DNA of 63,791 nucleotides, filler included, from Octopus bimaculoides (Eukaryota), in NCBI RefSeq assembly GCF_001194135.2. It is 8 parts of 8 records of this genome, joined end to end, with 100 filler letters (N's around TTAATTAATTAA, not from the genome) between each part and the next. Parts side by side here need not be neighbours in the genome. Positions count along the whole stretch, not along the records: positions 31,271 to 47,133 come from NC_068982.1; positions 47,234 to 55,713 come from NC_068997.1; 6 more parts are not named here. One strand, 5' to 3'. Under the pieces are notes generated by a model. The model made no database searches. It saw only the letters and a program-made list of their open reading frames with translations, and was not told the DNA's origin. How positions within the stretch are numbered: the stretch's first letter is position 1; every line of letters starts with the position of its first letter. Position numbers and translations under genes: made by a program. Shown here in pieces: positions 36,211 to 48,999 of the stretch.

Positions 36211-37575
36211 CGAAGGAAAATATTTTGTGTTGGAATATTTTTCAACACAAAACAGCTGGAATGTTTTGGGCGCGTATTCCATACAGAAGGAAACATAAAA
36301 ATTCATTTTTTGATATATTTCATTTTTGTGTTTCTGCTTAACTTTAATTCGTTAGGGAAATGTTTTCCAATAAAGTAAAAATGAATCTAACTGAAAACAA
36401 AATAATTGCAGAAAAAAAAAAGAAAAAATAAGCAATTTTATCGCAAGATTCGCACATTCTACACAAAAAGAAAAAATACCACGCGTCGACAGTTTAAATT
36501 GTGAATTTAAAAAATGCTAACCCTTTTAACAAAAATATCATTAACAACATATATTTTGCAACATAGAAAAGCCAATTTTAACGAGTGAAAGTGACAATTT
36601 CAACGAGGCAGAAGAGAGCCGGAAATTCGCACACTAACATGGCGACAGGTGAAACAGAGCAACCTATCAGTGACAAGGCCTGTGTTTCAGAGACATGTAA
36701 TCATTGAAAATGCCGGCTTGTCTGAAGTGTATATCTAAATCAGAATCTCGTATAATTTCTACACAAAGGTTTCAATCCTAAAACTTCAGTATTATACAGA
36801 ATCAAATAACTCGTTTACTATAATGCAGAAAGAAGGAGGATGAGTAGGTGCGTCACGCCTCTATATAGTAGTACGAAAATACATGGTCGTACATTTGTAT
36901 CAAGGTGAAAAACATTAACCATGGCGTTGATATTTCGAATGCGATCGACGTAATACCACAGCGTGAAGTTGTGGTGAATGTTTAAGTAAATAGCAATGAC
37001 CTGTGGCTACGTGGTCCGTGCGTGGACATGAATATTTTTGGTGATGTTCGAGATTGTGATATTAACATAATATTGTGATATTATCATTGTAATATTGTGA
37101 TGGTATACTCTATCATATGTGCGGAAGAAAAGCCACTGAAGCTCTGAAACTGCTCTTGTTAAATTCCGCCGATGGGGGTTCTGAAAACAGCAGATGTCAT
37201 ATCGACTCTGCCCATGAAGTCAAAGATCATAATCCCACATCCCAGACATAACCAGTTGTACCATCTCAAAGTTTCGCAATGGTAATAACATTGAAAAAAT
37301 AGATGTGGGAGATATATTGAAGTTAGCAAAAAGAACACAATGGGGAAAAGAAGAAACAAAATGCACCCAAGTAAAGAGGAAGTAGAAATGAATGCGTCCA
37401 GAACAGGCAAAACAGAAACTCTCCGATCGGAGGTGACAGAGCTCCATCGTTTTCCAAAAACCCGGTTATATTTTCATAGGTATGATAGAAGATAAGAAGT
37501 TAGAGATGAGAACGGATTTTTAACTGAAGAGGTCGGGATATGGCGAAAGGGTTCAAAAGACATTCAGATGACATA

Positions 37576-37794
37576 TATGAGATGGTGCCGAAAAGCTTAT
37601 GGCTTTAAGTGTATCACGAAAGGCTTGGTTGGATGCCCAGCATTCTAAGTTCTTATTAGGGCTTAGTGAAAATTAAATAACGCTGCAATACGTGTGCGAA
37701 TCTGAGAGGGGAATATGTTGAATAAAATTATAATTAACTGATCCTCCTGCGTGTTATCTTACCCGAAGCCAGAAACTTTTCAGCACCACCTGGT
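37576..37794 (+). mobile_element. Mariner-derived MITE
   Basis: Imperfect TIRs GGTGCCGAAAAGCTTATGGCTT / AAGCCAGAAACTTTTCAGCACC; the interior encodes RCNTCANLRGEYVE*. Confidence 0.75.
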
Positions 37795-38225
37795 TTGGTG
37801 GTGAGAATATTTTATCCATTTTTGAAAAATGTCAATCCAGTAGATGTTTGATGTTACAGCGTTGATCAACGTAGTATATAAAAACCCATAATACGTGACA
37901 GTTTCTCACGTACCATGTATATTGGCACTGCCACTCGGTGGTAGGAAGCGCCATCTCATCTTGCTTCCTTCTGCATAATTCTAAACGAGGTGTATCACTC
38001 AATATGATACTAGAAGCCATACCCTGAGCAATGAAGATGATATAGCTCTTCATATTGGTCAGCGCTTACTGAATCTTTTGTTTTGAATTTTACCTTTCTT
38101 TTAAGCAATTTATTTTACCAAATTTTATCTCATATAATTAAACAGTGTTTGCATAAAGGTGTAGAAGCAATGCAACTTAACACACACACGCACACACACA
38201 CGCACACACACATACACACATACAC

Positions 38226-38470
38226 ACGTAAGTTCTTGGTCTGGCAGTGTTACCGGGGAACATTGCCGGTTCGGGACAAAAATCTAATATGGCGTCAGCC
38301 GGGCTTGCACGAGATGTATGCAGAGCAACAGACCAAACTGTTCTGCAGGCTCTAGTCCAAAGTCCGAGCTTTATTGACATGTGGGTATATGTCAAACAAT
38401 AACTGTCAGGTGTAGAACAGATCGGGTTATCGGCTGAACCCATCGTAAAGATCGCCCCGTTGCCTTCATA
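38226..38470 (+). mobile_element. L1/Tx1-clade LINE C-terminal (zf-RVT-like) fragment
   Basis: KFLVWQCYRGTLPVRDK..SRACTRC..TVLQALVQ.PS..MWVYV..GLSAEPIVKIAP. Confidence 0.65.
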
Positions 38471-38471
38471 T

Positions 38472-38659
38472 AGCAGAATTGGTAGCACGAACAGAAAGAT
38501 GCTTAGCAGCATTTTGTTCGTCTTTGTGTTCTGACTTCAAATTCCGCCGAGGTAGACTTCGGTGTGTATCCTTTCGAGGTCAATAAAATAAGTACCAATT
38601 GAGCACTGGGGTCGATGTAATCGACTTTCTCCCTCATCCTAAATTGCTGGACTTGTACC

Positions 38660-38660
<1 letters not shown>
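38472..38660 (+). mobile_element. SINE family B copy with (AAT)n tail
   Basis: GCAGAATTGGTAGCAC..TTCAAATTCCGCCGAGGT.GACTT..ATAAGTACCA.TTGAGCACTGGGGTCGATGTAATCGACT..TGGACTTGTACCA. Confidence 0.85.
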
Positions 38661-38724
<64 letters not shown>

Positions 38725-38728
<4 letters not shown>

Positions 38729-39390
38729 TCAAATACAGAATAGACATCAGAAAGTGGCAAGTGCAGAATTTGTGGACAAAATGGTGAAACCGTATAGCAT
38801 ATTACAAGTCAATGTACGGCAATCGCCCAGATAGAATATAAGAGATGTCATGACAATATAGCAAGAATTGTCCATTGGACACTTTGCAACAATATGGACT
38901 TAACAGAGCGAACAAGTGATACAAACATAAACTCGAAGTCATCGAAAATGGTAATGCAAAGATCTTATTAGATTTTATGATCCACTGCCACCATGAGATA
39001 AAGAATATCTTAATTGAGAAAAAAAACAAACGATGCTGGATCACAGATATAGCAGGCCCAGCTGACAAAAATGTATGCGATAAGGAAGAAATATAAGTCG
39101 ACAGATATAGCAAATTAGCTTGGTAAGTTAAGCAGTTGTGGTCGAAGAAAAATGTGGTAGTAGTACCAATAATTATCGGAGCTCTGGGGACAGTGAATAA
39201 AAATCTTGAGAAGTACATGGAACAAATGATGGCTGCACATAAGAATGGAGCACTTGCAGAAAACAGTACTGCTAGACACCGCTCGAATACTTCGGACGGT
39301 GCTCGAAAACTAAGGGGTGTTACCTTAGTTCACTGGCAGTGAACAACTGGCACCGTAGTACACCTCCAGCGTTAGAAGCTGTGCGAAAAC
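38725..39390 (+). mobile_element. R4/Dong-like LINE 3' fragment (CCHC + RLE) within (AAT)n
   Basis: KCRICGQNGETV*HITSQC, RCHDNIARIVHW, VVVVPIIIGALGTV, LQKTVLL.TARILR.VL; (AAT)n on both flanks. Confidence 0.88.
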
Positions 39391-39413
39391 AATAAATAAT
39401 AATAATAATGATG

Positions 39414-39444
<31 letters not shown>

Positions 39445-39464
<20 letters not shown>

Positions 39465-39813
39465 TTGAATGAGAGCAGTGCATGCCATCAAAATGTGGTA
39501 GAATACACGAAACCTAGTATACCCAAAGGCTACACGAGGCACATACATCACAACCATATGTGCGTGACATGATCTCATATCAAAATACACAGAGCATGAC
39601 ATTGCAAGTGGGGCCCAGATAGAATCTTTTCAGATCGAGTTAGCCCATCCAACTCAAAAGGTACCTGAATGAGGTTTAAGGATGTTGAACGAAGCACCAA
39701 TGTTTTCAGAGGTGAATTATCCAAACCTCAAAGAGTTTCTCTCAACACATGGCTATTATGATGCTCCCCACTTCCTCTGCTCGTGATCAGAGATGCATAA
39801 TAATAATAATAAC

Positions 39814-39857
<44 letters not shown>

Positions 39858-40110
39858 CAGCAACAACAACATCAAATACAGAATAGACAGCACAGCAGAA
39901 AGTGGTAAGTGCAGAATTTGCAGCTACTAAGGGACATGGTCAACTGGTTAAAGTCAAGCAACTGACAAGACAATCTGTGGTATTGAGCAAAATATTCGCT
40001 GCAGCCCATCTTTTATACCAAGACACAACAATGTATATGATAACACTTTCAGTCAGTTAAGATCAGAAGCCATGAGAGCCACTGTCTGGAACTGCATCAG
40101 GGCATTTGTT
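39445..40110 (+). mobile_element. Non-coding interspersed repeat (family E) split by an insertion at 39798-39920
   Basis: A second partial copy at 42430-42515 shares GTTAA.GTCAA.CAACTGACAAG..AATCTGTGGTATTGAGCA.AATATT.GCTG.AGCCCATCTTTTATA. Confidence 0.6.
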
Positions 40111-40149
40111 ACTATCGTTATTATTGTTATTATTATTTTTATTATCATT

Positions 40150-40257
40150 AAGGCGACAGCCTGACAGAATCGTTAGGAAGCCGGACGGAATTTGGAGTGG
40201 CGCGGTTAGTCGATTATATAGACCCCATACTGTGGTCTTGTGCCTATAGCAGAAATA

Positions 40258-40258
<1 letters not shown>
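40150..40258 (+). mobile_element. SINE family B, internally deleted
   Basis: Head ATTAAGGCGACAGCCTGACAGAATCGTTAG joined directly to tail TAGTCGATTATATAGACCCC..TGGTCTTGTGCC. Confidence 0.65.
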
Positions 40259-40295
<37 letters not shown>

Positions 40296-40899
40296 GACTA
40301 CTACTACTACTACTACTATATGCCAGCATATGTAGTTGTCTTCTAAGCAATTATCCAAAGCTATGCGAATTTAGATTTTTTGCCTTTAGCAAAGAGGATT
40401 GAGTATTTCACTTTCATTTAGATTAATACATAACAGGATATTATGAGCAATTTGGAAGCTCGTTTTCACTATATTAAACGATAAAAGCGTGCGGTCTTTG
40501 CTATTTTGGTTTTCTTTTTGGAGATTTCGTAATAACGGTGTCTACTACAGGAAAAACGCTAACAATACAGAGAAAACAAAAATTACAGAAAAAGACGAAT
40601 ACTTGCAATAAAATAAATGAAAACCCCTTTTTGTCACTAGAGCCATATTGGAAATAATATTGATATAATGAAATAGAAAAATAGTGACTTTAATTAGCAA
40701 TAGAGATAGCAAATGCTAACAAATTCTAGCGATGCTGTCAAGTCAGAAAATTCTTATTTCAACCTTCTGTGTTTATAGAATCGCAAAATTGAATTTTATC
40801 TGTGACACTCTGCTGACTGAGGAGTGCGGCCGTAGTTGTCGTGAGAAATTTTCCTCCTCTTTATACTTCTTATTGTCACCACTAGTAGTTGATTATAAC

Positions 40900-41700
40900 T
40901 GAAACTCTAGAAACAAAATGGTGTGGTGTTCATTCTACCATAGTTATAAGTTGCAGTCATCCAGACTCGAAAGAACATTACCTCGTTTCATCGTTGTAGG
41001 TCACAAGGATTTGTATATTCGATTTTCGGGGATGTGGAAAGCAAAGAAGTTACTTGGGAAATTGTCGCATATAAATCCTTCGATACTGATTCCTCATTAC
41101 TTCGTGCAAAGTTACATGAAGGCTAGGTTCGCGAACTAGATCAACAACCCAAGCTCTTGGCTCACCATTACATTCGAAATGCAGCATGAGCCTACTGGGA
41201 GTGCTGATATCACGAAGAATGCACTGTAGCCAAATGACATTACAAGGGGCGCAATAGACTGCATACAGCTCGAAAACAGCAATAACATCCCAGAACTGAT
41301 CCCACTGGAGAATGCGAAAGAAAAGGCATTAAGTTTGTTTGTGCAGTGCGGGAAGCTGAGTTGGTAGCTATGTGATAGCAAACAGGTTGAAGGTATTCTG
41401 CCTACAGTACACATCGATAACAGAAATGTTTGCTGACTTCAAAGTGCCAGTAATGAATACTACTCTATTTCCGGACGAGATTATTCAACTTCTATTCTAT
41501 GTCAGAAGCTACTCAGGACGGCAGACGCTAACCTTGAATAGCTCAGTCTGTAGAATATAGCAGACCATAACAGATTGAAAAGAGGAGAAAAAGTGTTGTT
41601 CATAGCAGCAACTGTATCAGACGGAAATCCTTATCTTCAGAGCACCAGATGCAATAGGTCAAGAAATGTGAATAAGACCACATCCTACTCAGTCCCGGAA
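40900..41700 (+). mobile_element. Possible decayed LINE ORF1 (gag-like) remnant
   Basis: Only weak motifs (ILIPHY.., NIPELIPL..LSLFV..LCDSK); many stops. Confidence 0.2.
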
Positions 41701-42551
41701 ACCAGTGATTTTGCATCTGTCTTCCCATTATAACCAACACCAAAACCTCATCGATTTGTGACGAGGTGGAGTAAATTGAAACCGAAAATAATTTCTAACC
41801 ACAAAAATGTTAGAACATCAAAAGTTTCGACACTGTCTATATGTCAGTATTTCTTGTCCATTCTCACAAAAGAACTTCCGAGAGAAAATTCTTGAATAAT
41901 CCATGAAGGAGGCAAAGGTGTTTCAGGAAGACAATAAGTTACTGATCTCAACCACAATTGGGATTTAAGTCAGTTTTCTTATATCTGCTTTTAATTATTG
42001 TATGTTTGTATGATTTTTCTGCCATATTGAAAAAAAAAAAATGACGCCTTGTGCATCCAATAGAAAGGATTTATTAAATTTGAGAAAGTGTGACACACTA
42101 ATATTCACATTTATTATATTAGATATGTTTAACTTTGGGCAAACTTTATTTCAATCAAAGTGTATTTTATATGTGTGTGTGTATATGTATTAAAGAAAGC
42201 AAAAAATAACACAAAAAAGATAGTGTTCAGTATGTCGGCGACAGGAATTTTAAAATAAAAATGGTTGTACATCATTTCCCTCTTCTTCCAACATACCCAC
42301 TCTTTCTCTCTTTTATCATTACTCCCACTGTCACCATCAGCACTACTACTTTTAATAAAATATAAACTCTCCCTAAATTTCTGTATCTCGTTTTCTCTCC
42401 CTCTCTTTTTCTTTTTCTGATTAACTTAACCTCTTGTTAAGGTCAAACAACTGACAAGCAAATCTGTGGTATTGAGCAGAATATTTGCTGTAGCCCATCT
42501 TTTATAGCAAGATTATTATTACTATTATTATTATTATTATCATTATTATTT

Positions 42552-42587
<36 letters not shown>

Positions 42588-44089
42588 TTGGTGTTAGTAC
42601 TGTTAGTAGTAGTAGTATGCTGATTATGTTGTGATCAGTAACGTAATTGTAATTGGAAGTCAATTAATACGTGGTTCGTGTGTGGGATTTTTGTTGGTGT
42701 TGTTGAAAATGTATAGAATCCGAGGAAAACAAATTTCACAAGATAGGTAACTGAGAGACTAATCTGACGCAGAAATTTTCTAAGAAGTATTTATTTCAAA
42801 TCCAACCCTTTATTATACCAACTGAGTTCTAAACATAATATTGGACAAGTATTGGCAGTTGATTAATTCCACAGTTGACTATAATTCTCTCCATTGTCCT
42901 TGCCTCAATGATAGAAATTTGTATTGATATTTATATTACAATTGGTATTATATAACATAATATTGCTAAACTTGGGTCATATTACGATTATTAAATGGAA
43001 GATCTGTCAGTATTTAGGACAGCCCCCAACCTTACCATTTCGTTCGAAAAACTGGTGGGAGTAACACTCAGGCGTAGTAATTGAAGCTGAAGATGTCACT
43101 ACATAATTGTTCTGTAGACCGATCGAATAATCATTGCCAGTCGCTCGCTTATTATACATTAAATCATTAAGAGAACATTTCATTTCCTGTTAACAGTTAT
43201 GAATATCTATTTGAAGACCATTCCTTGAAAGAAGGAATTTTGTGTGCTACTAGAGTACACAGTTTATTACTTGAAATATCTAAGTTCTTCTTGTTGAAAG
43301 TAATAATAGTAATTAATGAACTTGGCATAATAAGAAATATGTAAATTTGCTTCTGTCAATAGATATGAAAGATACTCGGAAACTGTATAAAGTGTCATCC
43401 TTAATACTACTTCTCATATATTCTTGTAATCATTAGTCTCATGAAAATATGAATAAAAGTGATTAATTGTATCTTTGTTTAAACATATATTATTTGCTAT
43501 ATATTAATGCGTGTGACATATTAATATTCTAGATTTATTCAGTTTATATGGTTTTGTAAGTGAAATCAACTGGGTAACTAATTCTACCGCATTATACGCA
43601 CGGATAATGAGATTATAAATATATTTCGTGTGCATATCCATTCATTGTACCATAGGTGTATATCACCACTGAACATTTTCTTCTCACGTAGTATGCCTTG
43701 GGCAAGTCAGCCAGGTGTCGGACTAATCCGCCAAGCTGAACTCACATACTTTGAGCTCAAGACTTAAAACAAAAATCTCTCTGTGGTAATGCATCGGAGG
43801 AAAGTAATTTCAAATAACTGAATTCAGAATACATAAATCAATGAATATATCAATTGATAGTTCTTCTACTGACACATCCTCAAAAATTCCTGGTTTATAG
43901 TCTAAAGAATCGACGCCAGAACATCAGTTAAACTTACTTTATCGAACCAGGAAAAATAACCGAAAATAATTTTGCTGACGTGACCGGAACTCACATCTAG
44001 GAAGATAAAAACAAAGTTAAAGATATCTTACTAACGATGCTTTCTAAATAAGCTAATTGGGCACATATTATGCAAGTGGATGCAACCGA

Positions 44090-44316
44090 TTATACAGTCT
44101 TTTCTACTCTAGACACAAATCCCGAAATTTTTTTGGGAGGGATTAAGTCGATTAGATCGACCCCAGTACGCGACTGGAACTTAATTAATCGACCCTGAAA
44201 GGATAAAAGGCAAAGTCGACCTCGGCGGAATTTGAACTGAAAACGTAAAGACAGACGAAATACTGCCAACCGTTTCGCCCGGCGTGCTAACATTTCTGCC
44301 AGCTCGCCGCCTTAAT
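44090..44316 (-). mobile_element. SINE family B, near full length
   Basis: Head ATTAAGGCGGCGAGCTGGCAGAA, B-box-like GTTCAAATTCC, possible 7-bp TSD GATTATA (44088-44094 / 44318-44324). Confidence 0.88.
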
Positions 44317-45717
44317 GGATTATAGAATCTGATACCTGAACGTAGGCCAAGTGTGGCTGAATAGTTGAAGGGTTCGTTTTGCAACAACGAGGTCTCGGAT
44401 TTGATCTCACGGGTCCACCCATGCCCTGTGACTGAGACTGAATAAAAGGAAAATGTAAAATAGCTTTTAGGACAGATTGTATACCTAATTCAAAATGTAC
44501 AGAGTTTTTGCATGTTCTATCGTACTGATTATGCTTGGGAGTTACGTTAGATGTACACAAGTCAATAAAAAGCTGAGACATTAATTCAAGAGCAGCTAAT
44601 CCACTTGACGGAACAACTCAATCCTCCTCGTCGAAAGGCAGAGATCCACCACCACCACCACCACCACCACCACCACCACNNNNNNNNNNNNNNNNNNNNN
44701 NNNNNNNNNNNNNNNNNNNNNNNNNNNNNNNNNNNNNNNNNNNNNNNNNNNNNNNNNNNNNNNNNNNNNNNNNNNNNNNNNNNNNNNNNNNNNNNGGGTC
44801 ACTCAGGATTGCTCTCAGAACATGTATAAACATATTGAAATCCTGCAAGTTTATCGTCGGCTGCTTTACGTAAAAATAAAAAAAAAACATATATTTGGTA
44901 TAGGATTAGAAACAAAATAGAGGTTTTATAAAATACACGATAAATAATTTTACACACACAAACACACACACATACACACGCACACGCCCACACACGCGCG
45001 CACACACGCACGCACACACGTACACACACATACACACGCATACAAACACACGCACTCACATATAAGTTTTTGAATGTATATATGGGGATATCTAAATAAA
45101 TACATACATGTGTATGTGTGTGTGTATGTATGTATGTATGTACGTACGTTTCCCTTACCTGACGAATATCACAAGAGTTATGATTTATTGAATGAATATT
45201 CAAATTTTAATCAGTCTGAGGCGTTAAGGAAACTGTAGGTTAACTATTGAATTAATGTTACCGTTATTTCATTAGTCATCCGGACAAGTGAAGCGATTCG
45301 TTGACAATTGTAATTCTGTGTACAACTGTAGTGATTCGAAAAATAGAAGCGTAGTTATGACTAGAATTGTAAATTATGTAAATCTTTCTGTAAAATATGG
45401 AAAAATTAGTCCGAGAATCTATATTTCAGATATCGTATGTCTGTTTAGAATAATGATATTGATATTTTGTGATATAGGTATCGCAATATGTAGGTAAGGA
45501 TCAACATAGGGCAATAATCAGTCATCAGAAGAAATTTGTGTTACAAGCATTTGGGCTTGATCTCCAGTTTTCTCTTTCCTATCATTCTCAGTGATCTTGC
45601 ACACTGTCACAGGCATTGGTTTTATCCTGATTATATACATACATACATACATACATACATACGTGCATGCCTTTATATATGTATGTGTGTATGCTTATAT
45701 GTATGTACGTATGTATG

Positions 45718-46090
45718 AGCCGTTATCAAAATTTCCTGTGCGCAATGAAGCTAATTTGTAATCGATGTGTGCGCGTTTGTCTCAGTATGGTGGGACTGAA
45801 AAGCCATCAACGCAGTCATCTTACCAAACCGGCTGTGGACTACACTGAATATGACCTGAAAAGGTATCAGATTTGTGGAAAAGAATGTGCTTCCTCAGGA
45901 GACCACAAGCACCATATGAAAATGCATAACAAGAATGAATTGCAAAAGAGCTGCATAATTATTTACGCGTTTCGGCTGTGTGGTAAAGAATTTGGATCTT
46001 TGGCTGGACTGAAGAGTCATATAAGAGCATCGCATGTGTGAGACTTTTGATCAGGCGATGGCAATACTCGAACACAAGTTTGCAGCCATC
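45718..46090 (+). mobile_element. LINE 3' end with three C2H2-like fingers and (ATGT)n tail
   Basis: CNRCVRVCLSMVGLKSHQRSH (intact Cx2Cx12Hx3H), QICGKEC..HMKMH, RLCGKEFGSLAGLKSHIRASH; ends GCAGCCATC(ATGT)n like the 30141 copy. Confidence 0.6.
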
Positions 46091-46206
46091 ATGTATGTAT
46101 GTATGTATGTATGTATGTATGTATGTATGTATGCATGTATGTATGCATGTATATATGTATGTATGCATGTATGTATGTATGTATGTATGTATGTATGTAT
46201 GTATGT

Positions 46207-47098
46207 CACTTCTATTTTTGAATTATTATAAATCTTCCACTAACGATACAAGTCTCCATCTTTGGGATGCAGTTTAAACAGGCAAATTCACATTTGCAAT
46301 TTGAGAAACGTCTTGCATATTTTTACTGTTCCACTCACAAATTGGACTTGTAATGTATGAATCAGTCGGTCAGTTTCTCTTTATAAAAATCCCAGTTTAT
46401 CCTGAATCTCCTTTAAGCATTTACTAACAAAACCTAGTGCTCCAATTATCATTGGTATGCATATGAATTCATAGCCTGGATATAGAACCTGGAGATTTCG
46501 AAGCAACTATTTCAAAGATATATTTATATCTGCAGTGCAGTTAACCTCTATGATGGTACATACCTTTGCTCCTGTGTCCCAAACAACAATATCCGGCCTG
46601 TTATGCTTTCATTTGACAAAAACTTTGATGAGAATATTCCACCAGTGTTCCTTGAGTTGGTGTTTATAAAAGTATTCCATAACAGAGGGATTTTTCTAAG
46701 TTTATTTCAGGATAGTCTTTTTTGCGGGCGTCATTGTGAATTGTTTTAGCAACAACATCGTGCCGCATAGTGAGGGAATAGCGTGACGACATTTTAGGAC
46801 AGCTGCTAATCACAAGCGTGATGTCTTTTACAAAAACATGACATAGCCTACACACGCGGTTGCACGTTGGGATTACAAAAGCGTCAGTGTCTCTCTTGTT
46901 CACTACGTGCGTTGTGGCAATCTCCTGTTCCTAGATTGCAAATACATAGCCTTCAAAGTGTGATGTAATGTGGTGGTCTTGTGTCTAAGAGAGGCTGCGC
47001 TTCGTGTCAATTCTACTGGTTTCCTCAAGCTTCCAGCCAACATACGCATGCATGGTCATTGTTTTGTATGCTGATTACTTTCTATTCAGGTCTTCTCT
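46207..47098 (-). mobile_element. RLE-type (R4/Dong-like) LINE 3' fragment within (CATA)n
   Basis: CRLCHVFVKDITLVISSC, MRHDVVAK, KHNRPDIVVWD..CTIIEV, IPMIIGALG, GTVKICKTFLK; CATA repeats on both flanks. Confidence 0.88.
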
Positions 47099-47133
47099 GT
47101 ATGTATGCGTGTACGCATATATATATATATATA

Positions 47134-47233
47134 NNNNNNNNNNNNNNNNNNNNNNNNNNNNNNNNNNNNNNNNNNNNTTAATTAATTAANNNNNNNNNNN
47201 NNNNNNNNNNNNNNNNNNNNNNNNNNNNNNNNN
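47134..47233. other. Artificial 100-bp join spacer
   Basis: N44-TTAATTAATTAA-N44. Confidence 0.97.
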
Positions 47234-48999
47234 ATATATATATATATATACATCAAGAGAGAGGGAAAGAGAGAGAGAGTGTGTGCGTGTGTATACGTAT
47301 TTTTCTTGAATATTCTATACGTAACGTTTCATTTCAATACAAATTTTACATTTAATTTATACTTCTTTATATTCGACAACATGAATGCAGACTTTGTTAC
47401 TCATTTGTTCATTATTATTGAGCGCCTTCTTATTCTGATACTGTTTTAATTATTTATTTCTATGATGTAGTTTGTCTTTAATTTGTTTGCTTTACTCCAT
47501 CTTGGTTTGTATTAATAGAAGCCATGATACCGTGGTGGTAGAAGGATTCTTGCATGCGTTTCAAAATAAATTAGAAAATTACAAATCTGACAAGGATATT
47601 CAGATGGTGACATTGGTCATTCGAGTTCTGGTGAGAGTTACAGGAGAATTTAATTGGAATCTGACAGTTGATAACTAAAATGTAATTACATGATATCACA
47701 TATCAAAGTATTATTTCATCAGAAGCATTGCTTTCACAAATGGTTTATTACTTGTATGTGATTTACACCACACATTTTAATTATTGATGTTTTTGATGCG
47801 AGAACTTTACAGAAACTACAAGGAAATTCTTGATAAAATGAATTTTGCAACATAGTTTCGATTTTCGCATGTATCAACTTTATGTTTCGTGCACTGCTGA
47901 AATTTGTATCTCATCAGATATTTTTATGTTCTAGGCATCGTTAGATCTTACTCAGCAACATTGTTTCATCATCTAAAATATCATTATTGTTGTTTCTCCT
48001 CAACCCAGATCTGATCACGTATACCTATACTTCAAACATTCCAGCTATGTTCATCGTGTTTTGCCTTCAGGTAAACCATTTAGGATTACATGTAATTCAT
48101 CTTAACACTTTTTTTTTAATTATGACAATATTTGGTCTTAGTGAAATTTAGCTGTTCAAAGATCCTGCTAATGCACTCTATTTGACTCACTTTTGCTTTG
48201 CTATTATATCACCAAGTTCCACTTCATTTTGTCTTTATCAATTAGTCATTAATCCCCTTTCAGAATATTGAAACCACTATTTGGGATGTTCAAACCACTG
48301 GAAAGTATATCCATCCTCTCATGTCATGAAATAGCTTCATATTTTCTACAATAATTTACGGTTTGACCAACAACTCAGAAATTTCGTCTGAGATAAATTT
48401 AGGCAGACCACAAACCATTTTCCATTCTGATTTCCGAACCCGAACTGTCTTTGCATTTTCAGTAGCTCGTATAGCTCTGTAGATGAAACTAGTTATATTT
48501 TTTTAATTTTATTTTAAATATCTTGTACTTTACAGGATATTTGATTTCATGATAGCCGTCTAATCAGTATGTCTTGTGTAGATAAACTTCACCTGGTTCT
48601 TTTCTGTTAGTTTTGGCGTACTTTTCGAACTTGGAGAGAACGATTATCCATCACAACATACGTTATGTAAATATACCTGACAAACTTTGATAGTTTAGTA
48701 GATAAACCAAGGCAAGCAAGAAGTACCATTAGTCAAATGCTGTACTTGTTCAAGTAAGTTGCATTATTCTTTAAAGACAAAGTTATAAGCATTTTTCTTA
48801 CCATACCTGTGATAAGAAGAGATCAAAAAGATTCCCCCATATCGGCCACTGTTTTTTTCTTTTAGTGCTTAGTTAAGATCAGTTGTCAAGCGATGGTGGG
48901 ATGGAGCAAACACAGACTCAAAGACACACACCTATATATATATATATATATATTTGAGCTATATATTTGAGCTATATATTTGAGCTATATAGTATACGC

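Noticed and set aside
42950-43450. Possible further Penelope GIY-YIG remnant (minus strand)
   Set aside because: Too decayed; only vague Cys and IG hints.
45718-46090. Host C2H2 ZNF gene exon
   Set aside because: No TGEKP linkers, decayed Cys residues, a retro-type tail and microsatellite flanks.
48953-48992. Three copies of ATATTTGAGCTATA-like 14-mer
   Set aside because: Ordinary slippage at the edge of a (TA)n tract.
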